A DNA stretch of 64,000 nt from Halarcobacter sp. (GCA_048571215.1 CP182352.1:2144001-2208000), one strand, 5' to 3'. Shown: positions 30,124 to 41,150, counted from the first letter of the stretch. Numbers and translations are program-made. The notes: a model not told the origin generated them from the letters alone.

Positions 30124-30345
30124 TTAACGCCCTAAAGTGATAATAGCAGCTTCTCTTTGCCAAAACAACCAAAATCTTTTTGATTCTATAACTTGAAAAG
30201 CAAGTTGCCAACCTTCACTTGCATGATAATTCAACTCTGCTTCTATCTTTTTTAATGGTAAACCAGCTGAACCTAAAAATATTGTTCCACAACCACCTTC
30301 TACAACATAAATTACCTTATATTCTTTAAATCTATTATTTTCCAT
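30124..30345 (-). CDS. Small DUF4177-like protein
   Basis: EYKV..ELN....GWQL pattern. Confidence 0.65.
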   Translation of the reverse strand: MENNRFKEYKVIYVVEGGCGTIFLGSAGLPLKKIEAELNYHASEGWQLAFQVIESKRFWLFWQREAAIITLGR

Positions 30346-30479
30346 AATTTACCTTTTTCTTTTATTATTATGATTATAAAAATATCTATAATAAATAATA
30401 TTATGAAAACAAAACTTAAATCTTTATGTTACTTTATAGTATAAATAGTTTTTTAATGCACATATGTTACATTATAGAT

Positions 30480-30500
30480 ATAGGATAATTTATATCCTAT
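30480..30500. promoter_or_regulatory. Palindromic operator upstream of the suf operon (Rrf2/IscR-type)
   Basis: Perfect ATAGGATA-ATTTA-TATCCTAT just upstream of the sufB RBS. Confidence 0.65.
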
Positions 30501-30519
30501 TTAAATTAAAGGAGTTATT

Positions 30520-31956
30520 ATGGCTTCAAATGCACATATAAAGGAATTATTAAAACAAGATTATAAGCTAGGTTTTGAAACCTTGGTTGAGAGTGATACT
30601 TTCCCAAAAGGCTTAGATGAAAATATTATTAAAGCTATCTCTAAAAAGAAAGATGAGCCTGATTGGCTTTTGGATTTTAGATTAAAGGCTTTTAACAAAT
30701 GGCTTAAAATGGAAGAACCTTCTTGGGCAAATTTAAAATATCCTAAAATCGATTACCAAGATATCTCTTACTATTCAGCTCCTAAAAAAAGTCTTGATAG
30801 TTTAGATGAAGTTGACCCTGAGATTTTAAAGACTTACGAAAAACTTGGGATTCCACTTGAAGAACAAAAACTTTTAGCAGGGGTTGCAGTGGATGCTGTT
30901 TTTGATTCGGTTTCTGTTAAAACAACTTTTCAAGATGAACTTGAAAAACTTGGAATAATCTTTTGTTCTATTTCGGAAGCAGCGCACAATCACCCAGAGC
31001 TTTTAAAAAAATATTTAGCTTCAGTTGTGGGTTCAGGAGACAATTTTTTTGCCTCATTAAATGCTGCTGTATTTACAGATGGAAGTTTTGTATATATCCC
31101 ACCAAATGTTAGATGCCCTATGGAGTTATCAACATATTTTAGAATAAATGCTTTAAATACAGGACAATTTGAAAGAACACTTATCATAGCAGATAAAGGA
31201 AGTTATGTTTCATACAACGAAGGGTGTTCAGCCCCAAGTAGAGATGAAAGACAACTTCATGCAGCAGTTGTTGAACTTGTAGCTTTAGAGGATGCCCAAA
31301 TAAAATATTCTACTATACAAAATTGGTATCCTGGGGATGATGAAGGTAAAGGTGGTATTTTGAACTTTGTAACAAAAAGGGGTATTTGTAAAGGTAATAA
31401 CTCAAAAATATCTTGGACACAAGTTGAAACGGGTTCATCACTTACTTGGAAATACCCTTCCTGTATACTAAAAGGGGATAATAGTGTTGGAGAGTTTTAC
31501 TCTGTGGCTATTTCTAGCCATGCCCAACAAGCTGATACAGGTTCAAAGATGATACATCTTGGAAAAAATACAAAATCAACTATTATCTCAAAAGGGATTT
31601 CAGCTATGCATGGGGTAAATGGTTATAGGGGATTGGTTAAAGTTGCTAAAAATGCTGACAATGCAAGAAATGTATCACAATGTGATTCCTTGTTGATTGG
31701 AAATAAATGTCAAGCAAATACCTATCCATACCATGAAATTGGAAATATGACAGCAAACATTGAACATGAAGCAACCACTTCTAAGATATCAGAAGAACAA
31801 CTGTTTTATTTAAATCAAAGGGGTATCAAAGAAGAGGATGCCATAGCTATGATAGTAAATGGTTTTTGTAAAGAGGTTCTAAAAGAGCTTCCAATGGAGT
31901 TTGCAGCTGAAGCTAAAGAGTTACTTAGTATCTCTTTAGAGGGAAGCGTTGGATAA
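30520..31956 (+). CDS. sufB: Fe-S cluster assembly protein SufB
   Basis: [35 protein letters not shown]. Confidence 0.97.
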   Translation: MASNAHIKELLKQDYKLGFETLVESDTFPKGLDENIIKAISKKKDEPDWLLDFRLKAFNKWLKMEEPSWANLKYPKIDYQDISYYSAPKKSLDSLDEVDPEILKTYEKLGIPLEEQKLLAGVAVDAVFDSVSVKTTFQDELEKLGIIFCSISEAAHNHPELLKKYLASVVGSGDNFFASLNAAVFTDGSFVYIPPNVRCPMELSTYFRINALNTGQFERTLIIADKGSYVSYNEGCSAPSRDERQLHAAVVELVALEDAQIKYSTIQNWYPGDDEGKGGILNFVTKRGICKGNNSKISWTQVETGSSLTWKYPSCILKGDNSVGEFYSVAISSHAQQADTGSKMIHLGKNTKSTIISKGISAMHGVNGYRGLVKVAKNADNARNVSQCDSLLIGNKCQANTYPYHEIGNMTANIEHEATTSKISEEQLFYLNQRGIKEEDAIAMIVNGFCKEVLKELPMEFAAEAKELLSISLEGSVG

Positions 31957-32082
31957 AAAGTAGAAGACAACTCGTTGTCTCCTTTAGAGTTTGTTTCTTT
32001 AGGTGTGGCTTTGCCATACTGATAAAAGAAATTATAAAAGAAAAAGTTCCCTTAAAAATGGGACATTTTTGAAGGAAATATT

Positions 32083-32826
32083 ATGTTAAGTATAAATAAT
32101 TTGAAAGTTAATATAAATGAAAAAGAGATTTTAAAAGGACTTAACCTTGATATAAATGAGGGAGAAGTTCATGTTATTATGGGACAAAATGGTTCAGGTA
32201 AATCTACTTTAGTAAAAACTATATCTTCCCATTATGATTGTGATATCACTGAGGGAAAGATGATTTATAAAGATAAGGATTTATTAGAATTAGATGCAAG
32301 TTCTAGAGCAAATGAGGGTATATTTTTGAGTTTTCAAAACCCTGTTGAAATACCAGGGGTAAATAATAGCTATTTTTTAAAAACAGCTATAAATGAAAAA
32401 AAAGCATACCACAAGGAAGAGCAACTTGATTCTATGGAGTTTTTAAAACTAAGTAAACAAGAATTAGAAAAATATGGTATCGATAAAAAACTTCTTCAAA
32501 GGGATTTAAATGATGGCTTTAGTGGTGGTGAGAAAAAAAGAAATGAACTTATTCAACTGCTACTTTTAAAACCTGATTTAATTATGCTTGATGAGATTGA
32601 CTCAGGTTTGGATATTGATGCCATTAAAACAGTGGCAACGGTAATAAACGATTTATTAAAGGACAAAAAAAGATCCCTACTTATGATTACCCACTATGAT
32701 AAATTGCTAAATCTTATAAAACCTGATTTTGTACATATCTTAGAAGATGGGAAAATTATCAAAAGTGGAGATGCCTCTTTAGCTAAACAAATAAATGAAA
32801 AAGGTTTTAAAAATGAGACCAATTGA
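32083..32826 (+). CDS. sufC: Fe-S assembly ATPase SufC
   Basis: GQNGSGKST, GFSGGEKKRNE, LDEIDSGLD. Confidence 0.96.
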   Translation: MLSINNLKVNINEKEILKGLNLDINEGEVHVIMGQNGSGKSTLVKTISSHYDCDITEGKMIYKDKDLLELDASSRANEGIFLSFQNPVEIPGVNNSYFLKTAINEKKAYHKEEQLDSMEFLKLSKQELEKYGIDKKLLQRDLNDGFSGGEKKRNELIQLLLLKPDLIMLDEIDSGLDIDAIKTVATVINDLLKDKKRSLLMITHYDKLLNLIKPDFVHILEDGKIIKSGDASLAKQINEKGFKNETN

Positions 32827-33838
32827 TTTAAAAAATATAAACTTTCCAACAAAAAAAGATGAAGAGTTTAGAAAAATAGATTTATCGAAACTTTTAAATG
32901 ATGAGTATGATAAAACAAAAGATTATGCTCTTGATTTAACTTTAGTTGATAAAAAACTAAAAGGTTTAGGTGAGTTTTCAAAGATAAATGAAACACTTGA
33001 ATCTAAAACCTATCAACTAAAGATTAGCAAAGATACAAAAGAACCTATAGTTTTAGTTCATAAACTAGATGAAGATAAAACTATATATACTAACTCTTTA
33101 GAGATAATTGTAGAAGAAGGTGTAAATGCTGATGTTATAGAGATTTTTCTATCAAAATGCCAAGAATCATTTTATAGTATAAATAGAAGTTTGCAAGTAA
33201 AACAAGCTGGAAATTTAAACTATATAAAATATCAAGATATACAACAATCAAATAAAATCATATACAACTGTGATACAAATTTAAAAAAAGAAGCAAGTTT
33301 GTATAAAACAAACTTTGAAATAGGAGATGGAATAAATCTAAACCTATATAATACAAACCTAAATGAAGAGGATTCAAAATATAATCTTTTTGGTCTAGTT
33401 AGATTAAAAAATAGTGCAAATAGTTCAAGCATATTTAATACTTTGCATAACACAAAAAATGCCCTTAGTAATATTAAATATAAACACTCTTTGCATGATA
33501 AGAGTAAAGCTGTATATGAAGCTAAATCAATAGTAAATCAAAAAGCTTTAAACTCTAAGGTATTTCAAGCTTCAAATACTATTTTATTGAGTAATGATGC
33601 CACAATCTTTGCTAAACCTCATCTTGAAATCTCAATAGATGAGCTTGAAGCTAGCCATGCAGCTACAACAGGAGGTTTAGATAAAGACCAACTACACTAT
33701 TTACAAACAAGGGGAATACCAAAAGATATGGCTTTTGGGATGTTATTAAAAGCTTTTGAGAATGAAATATTTGATACTATTGTAAACGAAAAAGCAAAAG
33801 AGCTTATACTAGGTTTTAAAAGGAGCGATTATGTTTAA
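32813..33838 (+). CDS. sufD: SufD
   Basis: P.KKDEEFR, KPHLEI..D...ASHAAT, YLQTRG; start placed at the second Met. Confidence 0.9.
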   Translation: MRPIDLKNINFPTKKDEEFRKIDLSKLLNDEYDKTKDYALDLTLVDKKLKGLGEFSKINETLESKTYQLKISKDTKEPIVLVHKLDEDKTIYTNSLEIIVEEGVNADVIEIFLSKCQESFYSINRSLQVKQAGNLNYIKYQDIQQSNKIIYNCDTNLKKEASLYKTNFEIGDGINLNLYNTNLNEEDSKYNLFGLVRLKNSANSSSIFNTLHNTKNALSNIKYKHSLHDKSKAVYEAKSIVNQKALNSKVFQASNTILLSNDATIFAKPHLEISIDELEASHAATTGGLDKDQLHYLQTRGIPKDMAFGMLLKAFENEIFDTIVNEKAKELILGFKRSDYV

Positions 33839-35012
33839 AAAAGATTTTCCATATTTTAAAAATAGTAAAACCATATATTTAGACAATGCAGCTACAACAC
33901 AAAAACCTCAAAGTGTTATTGATTCACAATTAGAATATTATACATTTTATTGTGCAAATACCCATAGAAGTAGTTTTGGTGATGCAAACAAAGCTACAAT
34001 GGCTTATGAAAATGCTAGAAAAACACTAAAAAATTTTATAAATGCAGCAAAAGATGAAGAGATTATTTTCACAAAAGGTGTTACAGAGTCTATAAACTTT
34101 ATCGCTTCAAGTTTTGCAAAAGATTACAAAACAGTAATCATCTCTTCTTTAGAGCATCACTCAAATATTGTTCCATGGCATATGCAAGGAAGAGTATTAC
34201 ATAAAGGTTTGGAAGTAGTAAGTTGTAATGAAAATTTAGATTTTGATTTCAATCACTTCACCCAACTTTTGAAAAAATATCCAAACTCTTTTGTAAGTAT
34301 TACTCACATCTCAAATGCCTTTGGAAAAATCCATGATATAGAAGCTATTATCAATCTAGCTCATAAATACAATAGTGTTGTGATGATTGATGCTGCTCAA
34401 AGTTTAGCACATATGAGTGTTGATGTACAACAATTAGATGTGGACTTTTGTGCAATATCGGGGCATAAAACCTTTGGACCAACAGGAGTTGGCGCTATTT
34501 ATGTAAAAGATAAATTTTTAAAAGATTTGAAACCATATCAAACAGGTGGTGCTACCATACATGAAGTTGATTTTGAGGGTTCTAGCTTACTTGACTCTCC
34601 CTATAAGTTTGAAGCTGGAACTCAAAATATTGCAGGAGTTATTGGTTTTGCAAAAGCTTTAGAGTATATTTCATCTATAGGGTATGAAAATATAGAAGCA
34701 GTGGAAAAAGATGTTTACAATTATTTAGATGAAGAGTTAAGTAAACTTCCTAATATTGTTTTTTATAATGATATTGAAAATTGTATTGGGAGTAGAAGTT
34801 TTAATTTTAAAGGTATAAGTCATGATGATATAGGTATCTTAGTTGATAAGATGAATATAGCTTTAAGGGTAGGACATCATTGTGCCCAACCTATTATGAA
34901 AATGCTGGAAATTAAAGGAACAATAAGAGTTTCAATAGCTTTTTACAATGATTATAATGATGTAAATGAATTAATAAAAGCATTAAAAAAAGCTTTAAAT
35001 ATGTTAAGTTAA
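33831..35012 (+). CDS. sufS: Cysteine desulfurase SufS
   Basis: YLDNAATTQKP, SGHK, RVGHHCAQP. Confidence 0.95.
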   Translation: MFKKDFPYFKNSKTIYLDNAATTQKPQSVIDSQLEYYTFYCANTHRSSFGDANKATMAYENARKTLKNFINAAKDEEIIFTKGVTESINFIASSFAKDYKTVIISSLEHHSNIVPWHMQGRVLHKGLEVVSCNENLDFDFNHFTQLLKKYPNSFVSITHISNAFGKIHDIEAIINLAHKYNSVVMIDAAQSLAHMSVDVQQLDVDFCAISGHKTFGPTGVGAIYVKDKFLKDLKPYQTGGATIHEVDFEGSSLLDSPYKFEAGTQNIAGVIGFAKALEYISSIGYENIEAVEKDVYNYLDEELSKLPNIVFYNDIENCIGSRSFNFKGISHDDIGILVDKMNIALRVGHHCAQPIMKMLEIKGTIRVSIAFYNDYNDVNELIKALKKALNMLS

Positions 35013-35021
35013 GGGTTAGAT

Positions 35022-35429
35022 TTGAGTATAAAACAAAGAGTTGAAAAAATAAAAGAGGATTTAGACTTTTTTGAAGATGAGTTACAAAAATATGAGTTTA
35101 TTATTGATTTGGGTAAAAAGTTGGAACCCTTTGATGAAAAAGATAAAATCCCAGAAAATATTGTGCATGGATGTACCTCGCAAGTTTGGTTAACTTGTGA
35201 AAAAAAAGATGATAAACTTTTTTTCTATGGTACTTCTGATACAGTAATAGTTAGAGGTTTAGTTTATATTATTTTAAATATTTTTTCCGATTCAACTATA
35301 AAAGAATTAAAAGAAGTTGATATGGATATAGTATATGAACTAGGTCTTAGTGAAGTTATAACTCCTAATAGACAAAGTGGAGTTATAGGAATGATGAAAA
35401 AAATAAAAGAGTATGCACATAAAGCCTAA
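35022..35429 (+). CDS. sufE: SufE
   Basis: VHGCTSQVW, SD..IVRGL, TPNRQSG. Confidence 0.93.
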   Translation: MSIKQRVEKIKEDLDFFEDELQKYEFIIDLGKKLEPFDEKDKIPENIVHGCTSQVWLTCEKKDDKLFFYGTSDTVIVRGLVYIILNIFSDSTIKELKEVDMDIVYELGLSEVITPNRQSGVIGMMKKIKEYAHKA

Positions 35430-35441
35430 GAAGGAGATATT

Positions 35442-35783
35442 ATGTTAAATATTGATGAAGACAGCCTAAAAGAAAAAGTAATACACAATCTAAAACATGT
35501 TTTTGACCCAGAAATTCCAGTAAATATTTATGATTTGGGACTTATTTATAAAATCGAATTTGAAGTAAAAGAGAACTATATTTATTGTTATATTGATATG
35601 ACCCTAACCTCACCTGCTTGTCCTGTGGCAGAAAGTTTACTAGATCAAGTTAAATATGTCTCATTAAGTGTAGATGAGATAGATGAAGCACAAGTTAACT
35701 TAGTATTTGATCCAGTCTGGACTCCTGAAATGATGAGTGAAGAAGCAAGAGAAGTTATGGGATCATCAGGTGCAATCATCTAA
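35442..35783 (+). CDS. sufT: DUF59/SufT Fe-S assembly protein
   Basis: DPEIPVNIYDLGLIY, MTLTSPACP. Confidence 0.9.
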   Translation: MLNIDEDSLKEKVIHNLKHVFDPEIPVNIYDLGLIYKIEFEVKENYIYCYIDMTLTSPACPVAESLLDQVKYVSLSVDEIDEAQVNLVFDPVWTPEMMSEEAREVMGSSGAII

Positions 35784-35784
35784 G

Positions 35785-36459
35785 ATGTCTAAAAATAAGA
35801 ATATCAAAATTTTATATGTGGAAGATGATGAAATCACAAGAGAAAATGCGGTTGAATACTTAGAAAACTATTTTGAAAATATTTATGAGGCAGATAATGC
35901 AATAGATGCCCTTAAACTTTATAACCAAATTGACCCACATATAATAATCACTGATATTCAAATGCCTAAAATAAATGGTTTGGAGTTTATAAGAAAAATT
36001 AGACAAAAAAATAAAAGCACTCAAGTTATTGTTTTGAGTGCTTACTCAAACAAAGAATATCTTTTTGAAGCTATTGAATTACAATTGATAAAGTACCTAA
36101 CAAAACCTATAAAAGAGTTTGAACTAAAAAATGCATTAGATACTTGTGTAGCAAATTTAGAAAATGATAATACAAATATTATAAAACTAAAAGAGAACTG
36201 CTATTATGATATTTATAATAATACTCTAAAATTAGATGGAGAACTAGTAGCCTTAAGAGCAAAAGAGATTGATTTGCTAAACTTACTTCTAAAAAATCAA
36301 AATAGGTATGTAAGTTATGAAGAGATTGAAAACTATGTTTGGAAAGAAGCTGTGATGACTAAAGATGCTTTAAAAACTTTGATAAAAAATATAAAACAAA
36401 AAATTCCAAAAGAGATTATCTCAAATCTTACTGGGCATGGGTATAAGATTGAATTATGA
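35785..36459 (+). CDS. OmpR-family response regulator
   Basis: VEDD, TDIQMP, TKP, C-terminal winged helix; probable start at ATG 35785. Confidence 0.9.
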   Translation: MSKNKNIKILYVEDDEITRENAVEYLENYFENIYEADNAIDALKLYNQIDPHIIITDIQMPKINGLEFIRKIRQKNKSTQVIVLSAYSNKEYLFEAIELQLIKYLTKPIKEFELKNALDTCVANLENDNTNIIKLKENCYYDIYNNTLKLDGELVALRAKEIDLLNLLLKNQNRYVSYEEIENYVWKEAVMTKDALKTLIKNIKQKIPKEIISNLTGHGYKIEL

Positions 36460-37771
36460 TTTATATATGATACTAACCTATGGTATCATCTTTGGCATAC
36501 TTATTATGACTATTATTTATACTCTTATTAGATATATCTATTCAAAAGAGTTAATGTATATTGCTTATTGTTTTATGCAGTTTTTTTCTTTGATTTTTAT
36601 CTACTCTTATAGTAAACTATTTGAAACAAGTAAACTTATTGAAGATCTTTCACTATTATTTGCAACCCTTAGTGCCCTTGTTTTTGCCATATCATTTTAT
36701 GAGGGTAGATTTTTCCCTATAATAAAAAACAACAAAGAGTTATTTATAAATACTATACTTTTAAATATAGTTATCTTAACCTCTTTTTATCATTATATGC
36801 TTTTTGAGTATATACCTTATACTATCATATATGCAATACTTTTTATCTCTGTTATATTTAATATAAAGCAAGGATATAAACCCACTTTGATATATGTAAT
36901 TGGCTGGTCTATATTTTGTCTTTTGTTATTTATATTTGATTTTAAAACATATTACCAAAGTATGGGGCATATAGACATCGTTCTTTTAGCTTTTGCAATT
37001 GAGGCTGTTTTATTTACCCTATCTGTTTCATATAAATATGCAGAGCAAAAAAAACATAATATCAAAATAGAAAATATGCTTTTACACCAATCAAAACTTG
37101 CAAAAACTGGAGAACTAATAGCAAATATCACCCACCAATTTAGACAACCTTTAAACAATATCTCATATATTTTAATAAATATAAAAAAGCGTTTTGAAAA
37201 CGAAAAACTTGACAAAAAATACTTAGAAAGAAAAATCAATCAAGCAAATGAACAACTAAACTTTTTATCAAATACAGTTGAAAACTTCAAAGAGTTTTAT
37301 GCCCCTTCAAAACAAAAAGAGAATTTTTCTATAAATGAGTGTATAAAAAACACCCTGTCAATTCTTAGTTCAGATTTGAAAAAACAAGGAACCTTAGTAA
37401 ATACAAAATTTAATACCCACGAAGATATAAAAGTATATGGGGTCAAAAATGAACTTTCGCAAGTTTTATTAGCTTTGATATCAAATGCAAATGAAGCACT
37501 AAAAGATACTTTTCAGCCATATATAAACATAAGTGTTGATTCAACTTCTGCTGAAGTTATAATAAATATAGAAGACAATGCAGGTGGTATAAATAAAAAA
37601 AATATGCAAAAGATTTTTGAACCATATTTTACAACTAAACAGATGGGTTCAGGTATTGGATTATATCTTGCAAAAACAATTATAGAGAATAGTTTTGCTG
37701 GCAAGATAGAGCATAAAAATACTAAAAAGGGAGCTTGTTTCTCCCTTTTTATAGAAAAAAGTTTTGATTAG
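36437..37771 (+). CDS. Sensor histidine kinase with multi-TM (7TM-DISM-like) input
   Basis: About 7 TM segments, THQFRQPL H-box, DNAGG, GSGIGL; exact start uncertain. Confidence 0.9.
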   Translation: MGIRLNYDLYMILTYGIIFGILIMTIIYTLIRYIYSKELMYIAYCFMQFFSLIFIYSYSKLFETSKLIEDLSLLFATLSALVFAISFYEGRFFPIIKNNKELFINTILLNIVILTSFYHYMLFEYIPYTIIYAILFISVIFNIKQGYKPTLIYVIGWSIFCLLLFIFDFKTYYQSMGHIDIVLLAFAIEAVLFTLSVSYKYAEQKKHNIKIENMLLHQSKLAKTGELIANITHQFRQPLNNISYILINIKKRFENEKLDKKYLERKINQANEQLNFLSNTVENFKEFYAPSKQKENFSINECIKNTLSILSSDLKKQGTLVNTKFNTHEDIKVYGVKNELSQVLLALISNANEALKDTFQPYINISVDSTSAEVIINIEDNAGGINKKNMQKIFEPYFTTKQMGSGIGLYLAKTIIENSFAGKIEHKNTKKGACFSLFIEKSFD

Positions 37772-39102
37772 ATTTCGTTTTTATTATAGATAAAAGCTAA
37801 CTCTTTTATCATACTAACACGCATATCCTCTTTTGCATACACTTGTACTTTTATTTTTTTAATAGAGTCTTTATTTAAAGTTTTTAATTTATTTTTAGAA
37901 ATACCAACAATAAGAACAGATTTTTCTCTTTTTTGAGACTCTAATTTTAGGGGTCTAAATCTTTTTAGATAAAAACCTTCACTTAATACTTTTAATTCAT
38001 AAGTATATTTCTCTTTACTTTTATTTTGTATGGTAAGCAGATAATTATTTAAAGTATTTCCTTTGCTATCTACTTTATAAAGGTTTGTTGTTCTATTTAC
38101 ATTTAATAAAAAAGGCTCTTTTTCAGTGATATAATAGGTTGTAAATAGGAAACAAACTATTAGTGATGCCATATAAAATAGATTTCTTTTTGATAACAAT
38201 TTTGAGATTCTATTTTTTAGAACACTATTTGTACTTCCCCAATATATTAAAGATTTTTTTCCAAGTTTTCCCATAACAGTTGCACAAGCATCAGAACACT
38301 CTAAACAGTTTATACATTCAACTTGTAAACCTTTTCTAATATCAATATGGGTTGGACAAATCTTTACACAAGCTTCACAGGTGGTACACTCTTCATTGGC
38401 ACTAAACTGCTTTATATCAAAAATAGATTTTTCACCATTTTGATAAATATTACCACCTCTATTTGTATTATAAACTACTTGTTTTGTGTCATCATCATAA
38501 AGTGCTGATTGGATTCTAGAATATGGACAAACATAGGTACAAAAATTTTCTTTCATAAAAACTATATCATATATTAAAAAAACTGCAATACTTATAACAA
38601 ACATAATTAAAACTGGATGTTCTTTTGGTTCTTGAATATATTTGAAAAAATCTTCAGGTGGAACAAAATACCACATAAAATTTGTTGCAATTATCAAAGA
38701 TAATATACCCCATAAAATAAGTGAAATATATTTTCTTATTTTATTGCTGTTTTTATTATAATCTATATCTTTTTGTTTATTTTTAATTCTTCTAAGTTTT
38801 AAAACAAAAGTTTCTATTAAATCCCTATAAATTACTCTAAATATTGTTTGAGGACATGCCCAACCACACCAAACCCTACCAAATATTGCAGTCATTGCAA
38901 AAATACCAATAAATAAAATCATAAGTAAAAATGGCATAATAAATAGCTCATTCATACTATATGATACCCCTAAAAAGTGAAACTCAAATTTATCAAACGA
39001 TAAAAGTAATAGGTGATTCCCATTTATAGTAATAAACGGTACAACAAGTGTAAATATCGTAAAAACTGCATAAGTTAGATATCTTTGTTTTGCATAATTC
39101 AT
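37768..39102 (-). CDS. ccoG: Cytochrome c oxidase accessory Fe-S protein CcoG
   Basis: GRVWCGWACPQT, FCTYVCPY, CTTCEACVKICP, CINCLECSDAC; start moved to MNYAK. Confidence 0.92.
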   Translation of the reverse strand: MNYAKQRYLTYAVFTIFTLVVPFITINGNHLLLLSFDKFEFHFLGVSYSMNELFIMPFLLMILFIGIFAMTAIFGRVWCGWACPQTIFRVIYRDLIETFVLKLRRIKNKQKDIDYNKNSNKIRKYISLILWGILSLIIATNFMWYFVPPEDFFKYIQEPKEHPVLIMFVISIAVFLIYDIVFMKENFCTYVCPYSRIQSALYDDDTKQVVYNTNRGGNIYQNGEKSIFDIKQFSANEECTTCEACVKICPTHIDIRKGLQVECINCLECSDACATVMGKLGKKSLIYWGSTNSVLKNRISKLLSKRNLFYMASLIVCFLFTTYYITEKEPFLLNVNRTTNLYKVDSKGNTLNNYLLTIQNKSKEKYTYELKVLSEGFYLKRFRPLKLESQKREKSVLIVGISKNKLKTLNKDSIKKIKVQVYAKEDMRVSMIKELAFIYNKNEI

Positions 39103-39196
39103 AAAATTTCCTTTTTTTATTTTTTGTAGTTTATTTTCTTTTGGTGTCCCTTTGGTGGTATGCAAAAAAAAATCTAAATTTAGATATAATTTAAAA

Positions 39197-40342
39197 ATGA
39201 AAAAAAGTGAATTACTTATAATTATCTATACAATTACTGTACTTTTATCAGTGATGTATGCAACCCAACCTTTACAACCACTTTTAGCAAATGAGTTTGA
39301 AATATCTATAGTCAAAGCCTCATCATTTACAGCGGTTATTATGTTATTTTTAGCAATCTCGCCAATAGTTTACGGATATATTTTAGAATCTGTAAAAGCT
39401 AAAACTGTATTAATTACAGCATCAATTTTATTGTTTTTTACAAACTTGGCATTAAGCTTTTCTAACTCATATGAGATGTTTTTAACTATTAGAACTATTG
39501 AAGCTATAATAATCCCTGCCATATTGACAGGATGTATGGCTGTTTTAGCCAATGATAAAGAAAAAACAAAAGTTAATATGTCTATATATGTAGCTTCTAC
39601 CGTATTTGGTGGTTTAGTAGGAAGGGTGTTTTCAGGTTTTATTGCTGAACATTTTGGCTGGAGAATGGTGTTTTTTTCACTTTCATTAGCTTTATTATTG
39701 GTTTTATTTTTTATACAAAAACTAAAACTAAAAGCAGAGGCAAATTTAGTAAAACCAACACTTAAGGATATAACAAATATTTTAAAAGACAAAAGGTTTA
39801 TTGTTATTTATACCCTTATGTTTACCATATTTTTCGTATTTGCAGGACTTTTAAATATCTTGCCATTTAGGGTAAAAGAGCTTATACCAGAAACTTCAGA
39901 AACCCAAATCGGACTACTTTATTTGGGTTATGGTATGGGGATTATTGTTTCTTTAACTATTCATAAAATTGTAAACTTTTTCAAAAAAGAGCTTAGAGCT
40001 ATAATATTTGGTATATCTATATTTATAGTTTCAACCATATGTTTTTTTAGCTTAAATGCCCTATTTTTATTTGCGTCAGTATTTATTTTTTGTGTTGGTA
40101 TGTTTATTATTCATACCCTATCAACCAGAATTGCAAACTCCCTAAGAGCTTCACAAAAAGCATTGACCTCGGGTATGTATTTGACTTTTTATTATATAGG
40201 TGGAACTGTGGGTTCTATACTACCATCTATAGTATATGAAAAATTTGGTTGGAACAGCACGATTTTAATGTTTAGTTTACTTTTAGTGTTTATTTTGATA
40301 TTTGTACATTTAAATAGAAAACTATTTAAAGCTTTTAATTAA
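39197..40342 (+). CDS. MFS transporter (YnfM-like)
   Basis: MYATQPLQP, GGLVGR, YLTFYYIGG; start moved to MKKSE. Confidence 0.88.
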   Translation: MKKSELLIIIYTITVLLSVMYATQPLQPLLANEFEISIVKASSFTAVIMLFLAISPIVYGYILESVKAKTVLITASILLFFTNLALSFSNSYEMFLTIRTIEAIIIPAILTGCMAVLANDKEKTKVNMSIYVASTVFGGLVGRVFSGFIAEHFGWRMVFFSLSLALLLVLFFIQKLKLKAEANLVKPTLKDITNILKDKRFIVIYTLMFTIFFVFAGLLNILPFRVKELIPETSETQIGLLYLGYGMGIIVSLTIHKIVNFFKKELRAIIFGISIFIVSTICFFSLNALFLFASVFIFCVGMFIIHTLSTRIANSLRASQKALTSGMYLTFYYIGGTVGSILPSIVYEKFGWNSTILMFSLLLVFILIFVHLNRKLFKAFN

Positions 40343-40362
40343 TAGTTCAAGATTTAAAATCA

Positions 40363-40683
40363 TTAATTAGACACTAGTTTTAAGCCTATAATTGAAGCAA
40401 TTAGTGTAAAAAGAAAAAATAATCTCAATAAAGTTGCCGGTTCATTAAAAAAAACAATTCCTATAATAATTGTTCCAAAAGCACCAATTCCTGTCCAAAC
40501 AGAATACGCTGTACCAACAGGTATTGTCTCAATAGCTTTAGTCAAACTATAAAAACTTAAAATGGCAAAAATAATAAAAACAACTGTAGGGATAAGTTTA
40601 GTAAAATTTTCAGTTAATTTAAGCATCAAGGCAAATCCAATCTCTAAGATACCTGCCAATAATAAATATATCCATGCTGACAC
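40363..40683 (-). CDS. gdx: SMR-family guanidinium exporter (Gdx/SugE type)
   Basis: W.YL..AG.LE, PVGTAYSVWTGIG; last gene of the guanidine operon. Confidence 0.8.
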   Translation of the reverse strand: MSAWIYLLLAGILEIGFALMLKLTENFTKLIPTVVFIIFAILSFYSLTKAIETIPVGTAYSVWTGIGAFGTIIIGIVFFNEPATLLRLFFLFTLIASIIGLKLVSN

Positions 40684-40750
40684 TACAACTCCTTTTATTT
40701 TTTGCCAATAAACTCTTCTAATCTAGTAATAATTAAAAAAAATGTTAATC

Positions 40751-41149
40751 TCATAAATTTTGTGAGATAAAGGTTCTCCAGCTTTTAAACCCACTAATCT
40801 CTTTTGTATCTTTTACAAAATCACTCTCACATAAAAACCCATAAACTACACTTTCATCTTCTAAATAAACACTACCAATTCCAAGAGGGGAAGCAATCTG
40901 TTTCATAAACTTCCCAAAGTTTTCTACTGGCATTGACCATACCTCCACATCTATTTGATATTTACTTAAACTATCATATATCATTCCAGGTCTTATGGGG
41001 TCTTTGTTTTCGAGTACAAATAATCTATAACCTACTTTTGTTTTTGTTTTTTTAACTAGAACCGCATCTAAATTAGTTAGTTGCCAATTAAGGGGCAAAC
41101 CACTCATATGAGCTCCACAAACACCTACTAATATTTCATTTTCATCCAT
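40751..41149 (-). CDS. Allophanate hydrolase C-terminal domain (separate ORF)
   Basis: VCGAHMSGLPLNWQL, YRLF, RPG, VEVW, PLGIG. Confidence 0.9.
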   Translation of the reverse strand: MDENEILVGVCGAHMSGLPLNWQLTNLDAVLVKKTKTKVGYRLFVLENKDPIRPGMIYDSLSKYQIDVEVWSMPVENFGKFMKQIASPLGIGSVYLEDESVVYGFLCESDFVKDTKEISGFKSWRTFISQNL

Positions 41150-41150
41150 A

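Noticed and set aside
31960..32020. Two small hairpins between sufB and sufC (AGACAAC/GTTGTCT and GTGTGGC/GCCATAC)
   Set aside because: Single copy in the window with short stems; cannot be supported as a REP element or regulatory RNA.
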